Assembly (NCBI GenBank): GCA_934526185.1
Contig: CAKTAA010000001.1
Coordinates: 24,204 to 88,203, forward strand
Length of the DNA: 64,000 bases
Reading direction: 5' to 3'
Source: an uncultured Eubacteriales bacterium
GTDB lineage: Bacteria > Bacillota > Clostridia > Oscillospirales > CAG-272
Under the pieces are notes generated by a model that saw only the letters and a list, made by a program, of their open reading frames with translations, was not told the origin of the DNA and made no database searches. Positions 10,694 to 19,504 of the stretch are shown one piece after another (the stretch's first letter is position 1; every line of letters begins with the position of its first letter). The position numbers and the translations under genes are program-made.

Positions 10694-11085
10694 AACGCCG
10701 GTGAGCGGCGAATGGTGGCCCCCGATACGGCTGCCGGAATTCCTGCGGAATCCTGTCATAGCCTCCGAAAAGAATCTGAGCATAGTATTCTTGAATATCA
10801 GAAAATGAAGCTCCGCTTCTTCTGACGGTGGTTGAAGACGGATTATCGGATACAGATGCTGTGCAGCTTTGTATTTTGTATAAGGAAACTTTTGAAGGGG
10901 CGGCAGCGCAGTTCGGCAGACGGATGGAATGGGAAACGGATTCCGCGGCTGAACGGCGGGAAAAGGAGCTGCCGTCGGGCGGCACCTGAAACGGGCGCAT
11001 AGAGAAAATATCAGGTTCCCGCTGCCTGACAAAAACAGCACACCGAAAATTTCAGCGTGAAAAGCGAAAGGATTGGTTGAACAAC

Positions 11086-12120
11086 ATGAATTTCTGGTAT
11101 ATTTTGATCGCACTGCTGGTATTCGGCATTATGATTTTTATTCATGAACTGGGCCATTACACCATGGCCCGCATTTTTCATGTGACTATCCGGGAGTTTG
11201 CGCTCGGCATGGGGCCGAAGCTGCTGACGAAAACATCAAAAAAAACGGGGATTGCCTATTCGCTGCGTCTTTTTCCGATAGGCGGCTTTGTCAGCATGGC
11301 GGGGGAGGACGAGATATCGGACGACGAGGGATCGCTGAATAAAAAACCGGTATGGCAGAGGATGCTGATTACCGTCGCGGGCGCCGTGATGAATCTGCTG
11401 TTGGGTTTCCTCATTATGTGTGTACTGGTATGCACTTCTCAGAATCTCGGCACAACGACGGTACGGGAGTTTGAAAAGGATGCTGTGTCGGCGCAGAGCG
11501 GCCTTGAGGTCGGGGATGAAATCCTAAAAGTCGGAGACCGGCGTGTACACATCGCCGATGATCTTGTCTATGCGATTATGCATGATGCGGCCGAACCGGT
11601 CGAGATGACAGTGAGACGGGACGGCGAAACTCTTGTTCTGCCCGGCGTGGAGTTCCCGACGACTACGGAATCCGGTCATGTGTTCGGCATGTACGATTTC
11701 AGAGTGTTTTCGGAAGAAAAGAATATCGGCTCCGTGCTGTACCATACATTTTACCGCTCGGTGAATACCGTTACGATGATCTGGGAATCGCTGATTGATC
11801 TGATTACGGGGCGTTACGGTGTTGATGACCTGAGCGGTCCGGTCGGTGTGACCGGCGCGATATCTACGGCTGCGCAGTCGGGCATACCGAGTCTGGCAAA
11901 CATGTTTGTCTTTATTTCCATCAATCTGGGTGTATTCAATCTGCTGCCGCTGCCGGCACTGGACGGCGGCCGACTGGTTTTCCAGCTCATTGAGCTGATC
12001 GTCAGAAAACCGGTGAATCCGGTTATCGAGGGATATATTCATTTTGCGGGCATCGTGCTTTTGATGCTGCTTATGGTTGTCGTGACCTTTCAGGATATTC
12101 TGAAGCTGCTTCCCGGATAA
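11086..12120 (+). CDS. rseP: Site-2 (RIP) zinc metalloprotease RseP/RasP
   Basis: HELGH zinc motif in TM1, a central PDZ-like segment and a C-terminal NLLPLPALDGG motif. The start could instead be TTG 11077. Confidence 0.9.
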   Translation: MNFWYILIALLVFGIMIFIHELGHYTMARIFHVTIREFALGMGPKLLTKTSKKTGIAYSLRLFPIGGFVSMAGEDEISDDEGSLNKKPVWQRMLITVAGAVMNLLLGFLIMCVLVCTSQNLGTTTVREFEKDAVSAQSGLEVGDEILKVGDRRVHIADDLVYAIMHDAAEPVEMTVRRDGETLVLPGVEFPTTTESGHVFGMYDFRVFSEEKNIGSVLYHTFYRSVNTVTMIWESLIDLITGRYGVDDLSGPVGVTGAISTAAQSGIPSLANMFVFISINLGVFNLLPLPALDGGRLVFQLIELIVRKPVNPVIEGYIHFAGIVLLMLLMVVVTFQDILKLLPG

Positions 12121-12251
12121 ATACGCCGGAACGGCAGGCTGCAGGCAGGAGCGGCGGTTGGAAACGGCTTACACTGTAATACCGATCGAATTTCATAAAT
12201 AGTGATGGTGTAAAAGGTGCCGCGGCAATTTTCTATATATGGAGAGATGGT

Positions 12252-13343
12252 ATGTGGTTTGAGGAAAAACGGCGGGCTGCACGTGAGGTTCGGGCGGGCA
12301 CGCTGTCAATCGGAGGAAAGGCACCGATATCCGTACAGTCTATGCTGAATACGGATTCGCACAATGCAGAAGCCTGCATTGCGCAGGCCAAGCGCCTTTG
12401 CGGCGCGGGCTGCGACATCGTGCGTCTGGCTGTGCCGGACAGGGAAGCGGCAGCCACAATCGCTTCCATGAAGGAGGCTGGTGTTGGGGTTCCCCTTGTG
12501 GCGGATATCCATTTCGATTACCGGATTGCGCTGGAGGCTGTGGCGTGCGGCGCGGATAAAATACGGATAAATCCCGGAAATATCGGCTCAGACGAGCGGG
12601 TGCGCGCAGTTGTCTTTGCCTGCCGGGCGCGCGGACTGCCGATTCGTATCGGCGTCAATGCCGGCTCTCTGCAAAAGGACATACTGGCAAAATACGGCGC
12701 CCCTACGCCTGAGGCCCTGGCAGAAAGCGCCATGGCGCATGTCCGCCTGCTGGAGCGTTTTGATTTTACCGATATTGTGGTTTCCGTAAAGGCGTCACAG
12801 GTGTGCGATATGATCCTGGCCAACAGACTGCTCTCTGAGATGTGTCCGTATCCTCTGCATCTGGGCGTGACGGAGGCCGGCACGATCCGCGCAGGAACGC
12901 TGAAAAGCGCAGTTGGCATCGGTTCGCTGCTGTGCGACGGCATCGGCGATACGATACGGGTTTCGCTCACAGCGGATCCGGAGGAGGAGGTACGTGCTGC
13001 GCACGGACTGCTGCAGGCATTGGGGATCGGGCGTGCGGGTAGCATCGATCTGGTGTCCTGTCCCACCTGCGGGCGCACGAAAATCCCGCTGATTTCCATG
13101 GCGGAGGAGCTGGAAAGGCGTCTGGCGGCAGAAGTTCATGACGGCAGAAAGCTCCGTGTAGCACTGATGGGTTGCGCTGTCAACGGCCCGGGCGAGGCGA
13201 GAGAAGCGGATATCGGAGCGGCGGGCGGCGACGGTGAGGCGGTGCTGTTTAAAAAAGGCGTGGTAGTCCGCAAGATAGCGGCCGCGCAGCTTGTGGACGA
13301 GCTGATCCGGGAAATCAATAAAATGAGGGACGCGGAGAACTGA
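12252..13343 (+). CDS. ispG: 4-hydroxy-3-methylbut-2-enyl diphosphate synthase
   Basis: Motifs RLAVPD, ADIHFDYR, RINPGNIG and the CPTCGR Fe-S cysteines. Confidence 0.95.
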   Translation: MWFEEKRRAAREVRAGTLSIGGKAPISVQSMLNTDSHNAEACIAQAKRLCGAGCDIVRLAVPDREAAATIASMKEAGVGVPLVADIHFDYRIALEAVACGADKIRINPGNIGSDERVRAVVFACRARGLPIRIGVNAGSLQKDILAKYGAPTPEALAESAMAHVRLLERFDFTDIVVSVKASQVCDMILANRLLSEMCPYPLHLGVTEAGTIRAGTLKSAVGIGSLLCDGIGDTIRVSLTADPEEEVRAAHGLLQALGIGRAGSIDLVSCPTCGRTKIPLISMAEELERRLAAEVHDGRKLRVALMGCAVNGPGEAREADIGAAGGDGEAVLFKKGVVVRKIAAAQLVDELIREINKMRDAEN

Positions 13344-13410
13344 CCGCTTCTAATCCTTTGCCTGTTTGAAGCGGCAGGGCGAATTTTACCGGAGGGGGAG
13401 ACGAAAATAC

Positions 13411-16400
13411 ATGGGGGACAAGCCCGAGCGCACACTGCTTGATGTTTTTAAAAGATACAGACCGTCCGGCGATTTTGATGCGATCCTGCGCTCTGCGTCG
13501 GCGTGCCGCGTATATACGGATCGGGAGAAAAAAATAGTAAAAGCCAGCGCCTCCTTTCCCGGGTTGATTCCGAAAAAGACGCTGTATGCCATTGAGGAGG
13601 AGATACGGGAAGCGTATGACGTTCGGGAGGTAAGAATCATCCCGCACTATGACGCTTCCCTGTTTGCGCTGTCCTATATGACGGAGGTCCTGGAGGAGGT
13701 CAAGCGAGTCGGCGCTGTTTCGCGGGGCTTTTTTAACGAATATTCTACACGGTCGGAGAACGGAAGGATATTTATTGATGTCTCACTGACAAACGGTGGA
13801 ATCGATCTGCTGTATGACGCCCAGACGCCTCGGCTGATTTCGGAGATCATCCGAGAGGAATTCGGAATGAGCTTCGGTGTGGAAATCAGCAGGAGCGCAG
13901 GGTATGATTTTGACTACGATGCGTTCGACCGGCAGAATCTGGAGGCGCTTCTTGCAATGGAACACGACACCGCCGCGCGTTTGACGTCCGCACAGGAGCA
14001 AAAGGAGGCGCAGGCGGAGGAGGAGACGAGGCCCGCTCTGCGCCCGGTCAACTCCCTGACGGCCGGCGGTATGTCAGAGGCCGTATGGAACGGCAGTATC
14101 TGCCGGATGGGAAACATGACTTTTGATACCTCGGCGCCGGAGCTGATTATGGGCGAGGTATTTTCGCCGGAGGATGCCGCTCCGCTGAAGAACCTTACAG
14201 AGGCGAGGCGAAATGCCGTTGTAATGGGGCAGGTTACGAATCTGGAAACACGGCGGACAAAGAAGGGCGACAAGACCATTCTTACCGTTTATATCAGTGA
14301 CGAAGAGAGCTCGCTTGCCATGAAAGCGGTCATGGAAAACGAAGCTGCGGAACCGTTTGTCAGCGCAGTTCAGAAGACGCGCAGAAAGAACAAGCGCGGT
14401 ACGATTACGGTGCTTGAATATGATGCGGTGCTGGCAGTGAGGGGACACTTGAAAACGGACAGCTTTGACGGAGAACTGGTCATGGCACCCCGCGACGTCA
14501 TGATGATAAAGAAAATAAACCGCATGGATTATGCAAAGCAGAAGCGTGTGGAGCTGCACTGTCACACGAACATGTCCGCAATGGACGCGACCATTCCGCC
14601 GGACGTGCTGATAAAGACCGCAAAGGAATGGGGCCATCCGGCTGTGGCTGTCACCGACCATGGAAACGTTCAGGCGTTTCCTGAGGCCATGCTGGCCGCT
14701 GAGAAAGCCGGTATGAAGGTTATCTACGGCATGGAGGCATATTTTGTCGACGATACGGCGCGCGCTGTGTACGGAGACAGCAGCTCCGATTTCGACGACG
14801 AGTTCGTGGTATTCGACATCGAAACGACGGGACTTTCGCCGCTACGCGATAAAATTACGGAGATTGGGGCTGTGCGGATCCGCGGAGGAGAGATACTGCA
14901 GCGCTATCAGACCTTTGTCGATCCCGGTGAGCCGATTTCAGAAGAGATCACGGCCCTGACGGGGATCACGGACGAAATGGTCACCGGCGCGCCGGCGCAG
15001 GAGAGTGCGGTAAAGGAGTTTCTGACCTTTGCGGGTGATCGCATGCTGATTGCGCATAACGCCGGCTTTGACATCAGCTTTATCCGGAAAGCGGCGGCAG
15101 ACGCGGGGCTGCCTTTTGCCAACGCCTATCTTGATACGGTCGCCATGTCGCGGTACGCCAACCCCGATCTCAAGCGCCACAAGCTTGATGTTCTGGCCGA
15201 GCACTACGGTCTCGGCGATTTTCATCATCACCGGGCCTCGGATGATGCGGAAATGCTGGCTCAGATTTTTTTCCGTATGGCCGACCAGCTCAAGCGCGAG
15301 GGCGTTGACGGCATTGCGCGCATGAACAGTGCTATGAGCGAAAAAGCGGATCCGCTCAAGCTCAAAACATACCACCAGATTATTCTGGTAAAGGACGCGG
15401 TCGGGCTGAAAAATCTGTATAAGCTGATTTCCTCCTCCTACCTGACCTATTACCGCCGGCAACCCCGGATTCCAAAGACGTTGCTGGAGCAGCACAGGGA
15501 GGGATTGATCATCGGCTCGGCATGCGAGCAGGGAGAGCTGTTCCGCGCGATGCTGGAAAACCGTCCGTGGAACGATCTGAAAGAGATAGCGTCCTTTTAC
15601 GATTATTTGGAGATTCAGCCGCTCTCAAACAACCGGTTTCTGATAAATGAGGGAACGGTTTCCGGCGACGAGGATTTGAAAGAACTGAACCGGAATATCG
15701 TGCGCCTGGGTGAGGAGCTGGACAAGCCGGTCGTCGCCACCTGCGACGCGCACTTTCTGGAAAAGCACGATGAGATTTTTAGAAAGATACTCCTCAGCGG
15801 CATGAAATTCACCGATGCCGATCGGGATATCGGGCTGTATTTTCGGACAACGGAGGAAATGCTCCGGGAATTCGAGTATCTGGGTGAGGAAAAAGCATTT
15901 GAGGTAGTTGTGGCAAATACCAATCGCATCGCGGAAATGGTATCCGTGATACGGCCGATACCGGAGGGGACGTATACGCCGAAGATGGAGGGGGCTGAGG
16001 AGGAACTGCAGCGGCTTTGCTATGATCGGGCAAGCCTGCTGTATGAGTATGAGGGAAAAATTCCGCCTCTTGTTACCGAACGGCTTGGAAAGGAACTGGA
16101 ATCCATCATCAAGCATGGATTTGCCGTCCTGTACATGATAGCGCAGAAGCTGGTGGCGTACAGCGAAAGCCTTGGTTATATGGTAGGATCGCGCGGCTCC
16201 GTCGGTTCGTCCTTTGTTGCAACAATGTCGGGTATTTCCGAGGTCAATCCGCTGCCGCCGCATTACCGTTGCCCATCGTGCCGGTATACCGACTTTATTA
16301 CGGACGGAAGCATTGGTTCCGGTTTCGATCTGCCGGAAAAAAGCTGTCCGAAATGCGGGACGACGCTCGTCCGCGACGGCCACGACATTCCGTTTGAAAC

Positions 16401-17853
16401 CTTTCTCGGCTTTTACGGCGACAAGTCGCCGGATATCGATCTGAATTTTTCCGGGGATGTGCAGGGGCGCATCCATAAATATACGGAGGAGCTTTTCGGA
16501 AGCGAAAACGTGTTCCGCGCCGGAACCATCGGCACGCTGGCATCGAAGACGGCATACGGCTTTATTGCAAAGTATATGGAGGAGCACGGCGTCGCGCTCA
16601 ACCGCGCGGAGATTCATCGGCTGATAAATCACTGCGTTGGCGTCAAGCGCACAACCGGTCAGCATCCGGGCGGCATCATCGTCGTGCCCCGCGAATACGA
16701 AATTTATGATTTCACGCCGGTGCAGCATCCGGCAGACGACGCGAGCTCCAATATCATAACCACGCACTTCCAGTTTTCGTATCTGCACGATACGATCCTG
16801 AAGCTGGACGAGCTGGGACACGATATGCCGACCAAACTGAAAATTCTGGAGCGCTATACCGGCGTGCCGACAAAGGATGTGCCGATGAGCGATCCCGCGG
16901 TATATGAGCTGTTTTTGTCCACAAAATCCCTCGGCATCCGGCCGCAGGACATCATGGACTGCAAGGTCGGCACCTATGGCCTGCCGGAATTCGGCACGCG
17001 GTTCGTTCAGCAGATGCTCGAGGATACCAAGCCGAAAAACTTTTCGGATCTGCTTCAGGTATCGGGACTGTCTCACGGTACGGACGTGTGGCTGGGCAAC
17101 GCGCAGGATTTGATCCGCGGCGGTATTTGCGACATTTCCCAGGTGGTCGGAACACGGGACAGTATCATGCTGTATCTGATATACCACGGTGTTGAAAAGA
17201 GTATGGCCTTCAAAATCATGGAGGATGTGCGGAAGGGAAAGGGATTAAAGCCCGAATACGAGGAGGCGATGCGCGCGCAGGATATTCCGGATTGGTATAT
17301 CGGCTCCTGTAAAAAGATCAAATATATGTTTCCCAAGGCGCATGCGGCGGCTTACGTCATGCAGGCCATCCAGTTCGCGTGGTACAAGGTTCACAGGCCA
17401 ATGGAGTTCTATGCCGCGTACTTCACGGCGGCGCCGGGCGGCTTTGACGCGGAAATTGTGATGAAGGGCAAAGGCTATGTCGAGCGTGTGATCCGCGAGC
17501 TTAGGGAAAAGGGAAAGGAAGCCACGCAAAAGGAAAATGAGTCGCTGGACGCGCTGCTCCTTGTGGATGAATGTCTGGCCAGAGGGATCCGGTTTCTGCC
17601 GGTGAATCTCTACAAATCGGACGCCAGTGCGTTTCTTCCGGAGGAGGGGAGAATCCGCGTACCTTTCAACTCTCTGCCGGGCCTCGGCGATACCGCTGCG
17701 GAAAAGATCGCGCGGGTACGTGAGGACGGAGAAATCTTCTGCAGGCAGGAGCTGCAGGAGCGCGCACAGCTCTCCAAATCGGTAATGGAGATTCTGGAAA
17801 ACAACGGCGTGCTGGACGGCATGCCGGAAACCAATCAGCTATCGCTTTTTTAA
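13411..17853 (+). CDS. polC: DNA polymerase III alpha subunit, PolC type
   Basis: About 1480 aa with PHP motif HCHTNMSAMDA, inserted 3'-5' exonuclease (FVVFDIETTGL ... HRASDDA) and polymerase core. Start re-picked to ATG 13411 behind GGAGGGGGAG. Confidence 0.97.
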   Translation: MGDKPERTLLDVFKRYRPSGDFDAILRSASACRVYTDREKKIVKASASFPGLIPKKTLYAIEEEIREAYDVREVRIIPHYDASLFALSYMTEVLEEVKRVGAVSRGFFNEYSTRSENGRIFIDVSLTNGGIDLLYDAQTPRLISEIIREEFGMSFGVEISRSAGYDFDYDAFDRQNLEALLAMEHDTAARLTSAQEQKEAQAEEETRPALRPVNSLTAGGMSEAVWNGSICRMGNMTFDTSAPELIMGEVFSPEDAAPLKNLTEARRNAVVMGQVTNLETRRTKKGDKTILTVYISDEESSLAMKAVMENEAAEPFVSAVQKTRRKNKRGTITVLEYDAVLAVRGHLKTDSFDGELVMAPRDVMMIKKINRMDYAKQKRVELHCHTNMSAMDATIPPDVLIKTAKEWGHPAVAVTDHGNVQAFPEAMLAAEKAGMKVIYGMEAYFVDDTARAVYGDSSSDFDDEFVVFDIETTGLSPLRDKITEIGAVRIRGGEILQRYQTFVDPGEPISEEITALTGITDEMVTGAPAQESAVKEFLTFAGDRMLIAHNAGFDISFIRKAAADAGLPFANAYLDTVAMSRYANPDLKRHKLDVLAEHYGLGDFHHHRASDDAEMLAQIFFRMADQLKREGVDGIARMNSAMSEKADPLKLKTYHQIILVKDAVGLKNLYKLISSSYLTYYRRQPRIPKTLLEQHREGLIIGSACEQGELFRAMLENRPWNDLKEIASFYDYLEIQPLSNNRFLINEGTVSGDEDLKELNRNIVRLGEELDKPVVATCDAHFLEKHDEIFRKILLSGMKFTDADRDIGLYFRTTEEMLREFEYLGEEKAFEVVVANTNRIAEMVSVIRPIPEGTYTPKMEGAEEELQRLCYDRASLLYEYEGKIPPLVTERLGKELESIIKHGFAVLYMIAQKLVAYSESLGYMVGSRGSVGSSFVATMSGISEVNPLPPHYRCPSCRYTDFITDGSIGSGFDLPEKSCPKCGTTLVRDGHDIPFETFLGFYGDKSPDIDLNFSGDVQGRIHKYTEELFGSENVFRAGTIGTLASKTAYGFIAKYMEEHGVALNRAEIHRLINHCVGVKRTTGQHPGGIIVVPREYEIYDFTPVQHPADDASSNIITTHFQFSYLHDTILKLDELGHDMPTKLKILERYTGVPTKDVPMSDPAVYELFLSTKSLGIRPQDIMDCKVGTYGLPEFGTRFVQQMLEDTKPKNFSDLLQVSGLSHGTDVWLGNAQDLIRGGICDISQVVGTRDSIMLYLIYHGVEKSMAFKIMEDVRKGKGLKPEYEEAMRAQDIPDWYIGSCKKIKYMFPKAHAAAYVMQAIQFAWYKVHRPMEFYAAYFTAAPGGFDAEIVMKGKGYVERVIRELREKGKEATQKENESLDALLLVDECLARGIRFLPVNLYKSDASAFLPEEGRIRVPFNSLPGLGDTAAEKIARVREDGEIFCRQELQERAQLSKSVMEILENNGVLDGMPETNQLSLF

Positions 17854-18122
17854 ATGCCAGCGGTATTTTTTGAGGTTTTTCGCCTGATAATAAAGGCACT
17901 GTGTAACGCGCAATTCACCCGGAGGTCTGCTAAACAGAACTTGAGGAGGCATTGGTAAATTCTGGATTTTCTATCCATCCCGGGGTTTATAAACAGATGT
18001 TTAAAGCTGTTGTCATTTACATACAGCATCAAACACTTACCGGCCCTGATATTGTAACATCAGTCAAACAAGCAAAAATTCAATTCGTATGACGACAAGG
18101 GTTTTACCTGCGATAAAAGCCG

Positions 18123-18162
18123 CTCAACCGTTAGTTGAGTGAAAAATCTCTGTATAGTTGAG
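18123..18162. promoter_or_regulatory. Operator-like repeats upstream of the XRE gene
   Basis: Inverted repeat CTCAAC-CGTTA-GTTGAG (18123-18139) plus a second TAGTTGAG at 18155-18162. TTTGAG recurs at 18167 and 18184. Confidence 0.3.
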
Positions 18163-18299
18163 CAAATTTGAGAGAAATCAAACTTTGAGCGATTCCGTTT
18201 TCTGTATAAAGACAGTATAATGTACAGGTACGTACGGTTTCGCGTAATCATATGAATGGAACACGAGTTATGAAATTACTGACTGAAAGGGGTATCATT

Positions 18300-18635
18300 A
18301 TGGAAACCTTGGGAAAAAGAATTGCAAGGCTTCGCCGCGAAATGGGGCTTAAGCAGGAGCGATTAGCTGAGCTGCTCAGTGTAAGTCCTCAGGCGGTGAG
18401 CAAATGGGAGAATGATCAGACCTGTCCGGATATCAGTCTCCTGCCGAAGCTGGGAAAAGTGCTCGGCGTGAGCGTGGACGAGCTGCTCTCCGGTCAATCA
18501 GAGCAGACGGAGTTGGCCGTTAAGCTCGTACCTGAGAAAGAACGCAAGGATCTGAAAGATATGATGCTGCGTATTCTTGTCGATTCCTCCGAGGGAGACA
18601 AAGTACGGTTGAACTTTCCTATGGCGCTTGTATAG
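18300..18635 (+). CDS. XRE-family HTH transcriptional regulator, terminated by an in-frame TAG (see findings)
   Basis: N-terminal HTH LGKRIARLRREMGLKQERLAELLSVSPQAVSKWEND. Start re-picked to ATG 18300 behind AAAGGGG. The frame stays open for 52 more codons after TAG 18633-18635. Confidence 0.8.
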   Translation: METLGKRIARLRREMGLKQERLAELLSVSPQAVSKWENDQTCPDISLLPKLGKVLGVSVDELLSGQSEQTELAVKLVPEKERKDLKDMMLRILVDSSEGDKVRLNFPMALV

Positions 18636-18797
18636 GCGGCTCTGGATACGGGAATGGAAATACCTCAGGCATTAGCATTTCTGCACAGTGTCGACCTGAA
18701 TCAGGTTATAGAGATGGTTCGTCAGGGGGCGAACGGAAATTTGCTGGAGGTTGAGTCCGCTGAGGGAGATATTGTCCGAATTTTTGTGGAGTAGGCT

Positions 18798-19043
18798 ATG
18801 AAAATTATTATGAGAGACGGTGAAGGCGCCAATATCAAATTGGTGATTCCCACTGCTGTCCTTATCAACCGTTTTACCGCATTATTAGCGCCCAGACTTC
18901 TGAAAACACATGGCATATCCATTACGGGAAAGCAGGCTGTTGTCCTTGTGAAAGCGCTGAGAGAGTCTAAGCGTCGTCACCGCGGCTGGAAGCTGGTTGA
19001 GATACACGGGGATGACGGTAAAGCTTTTGAAATCACCATTTGA
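18798..19043 (+). CDS. Small protein of unknown function, paralogous in pattern to the C-terminal module of the upstream XRE protein
   Basis: 81-aa ORF whose ATG lies 3 nt after the second TAG of the XRE frame, with a GGAG SD 6 nt upstream. Confidence 0.6.
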   Translation: MKIIMRDGEGANIKLVIPTAVLINRFTALLAPRLLKTHGISITGKQAVVLVKALRESKRRHRGWKLVEIHGDDGKAFEITI

Positions 19044-19091
19044 TCGGACGCAAATTTTTAGTTAGTTGGCACAGGCGTTTTTGTCCTGCTA

Positions 19092-19130
19092 TCTTTCCCG
19101 TCGGGAGTTTTATTCTCCCAACGGGAAAGA
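19092..19130 (+). terminator. Long hairpin after the XRE cassette
   Basis: TCTTTCCCGTCGGGAG / CTCCCAACGGGAAAGA forms 16 bp with one mismatch and a 7-nt loop. The following T-run is weak. Confidence 0.4.
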
Positions 19131-19245
19131 TAATCTGCCGTTTTCGGCTTTAGTGTCTGTCTTCCGTCGTTCATTGTAATTTCCGCGTTGTCCGTCTGCT
19201 TCTGCGGCAGCGATGAAAAAGCTTTAGGATACGTGAAAAAAGATA

Positions 19246-19274
19246 TTGACAGAATCATGTCTGTGTGATATAAT
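19246..19274 (+). promoter_or_regulatory. Consensus sigma-70 promoter of the his operon
   Basis: TTGACA (19246-19251), exactly 17 nt, then TATAAT (19269-19274). Confidence 0.7.
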
Positions 19275-19504
19275 CAATTTAATTTATCGATTTAATCAGA
19301 TAAAGTAAGAAAGCGAACTGCGCTTTTTATTGCATTTCTCATACGGCGCGGACAGTACTGAATGAAAAATGCCTTTGACGGCGCAAGTGCAGGCCGAAAA
19401 CGGATAGGTGCAAATACAGCGCGTATGCCGGAGGAGAAGTTCCCCATAGAGCCTCCACTGCCGGAGCGCCCGCTGTGTCTGAATGGAGGATATTGGTGAC
19501 CATA

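Noticed and set aside
15625-17187. Very long antisense ORFs: a 520-aa ORF opposite polC, plus 479-1279, 20685-21614, 21578-22525, 23597-24766, 52450-53517, 59007-59906 and 62976-63995 on the minus strand.
   Set aside because: Each lies entirely opposite a gene with unmistakable family motifs. Their translations are R/A/P/G-rich with no motifs. These are typical shadow ORFs of GC-rich coding DNA.
17952-18092. 46-codon ORF following GAGGAGG (17943-17949) after polC.
   Set aside because: The only in-frame start is a TTG just 2 nt from the SD-like string, and the peptide has no recognisable features. It is probably a fortuitous purine run.
18633-18635. In-frame TAG as evidence for stop-codon reassignment or pyrrolysine.
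   Set aside because: TAG is used as an ordinary stop by mreB (41086), maf (43299), yabQ (31229) and both mini-HTH genes. No pyl genes or PYLIS-like context are visible in the window.
19275-19504. T-box riboswitch in the his leader.
   Set aside because: I could not find the conserved T-box sequence, a specifier loop with a His codon in the right context, or the AG-bulge/GNRA stem I features. It is left as an unclassified leader.
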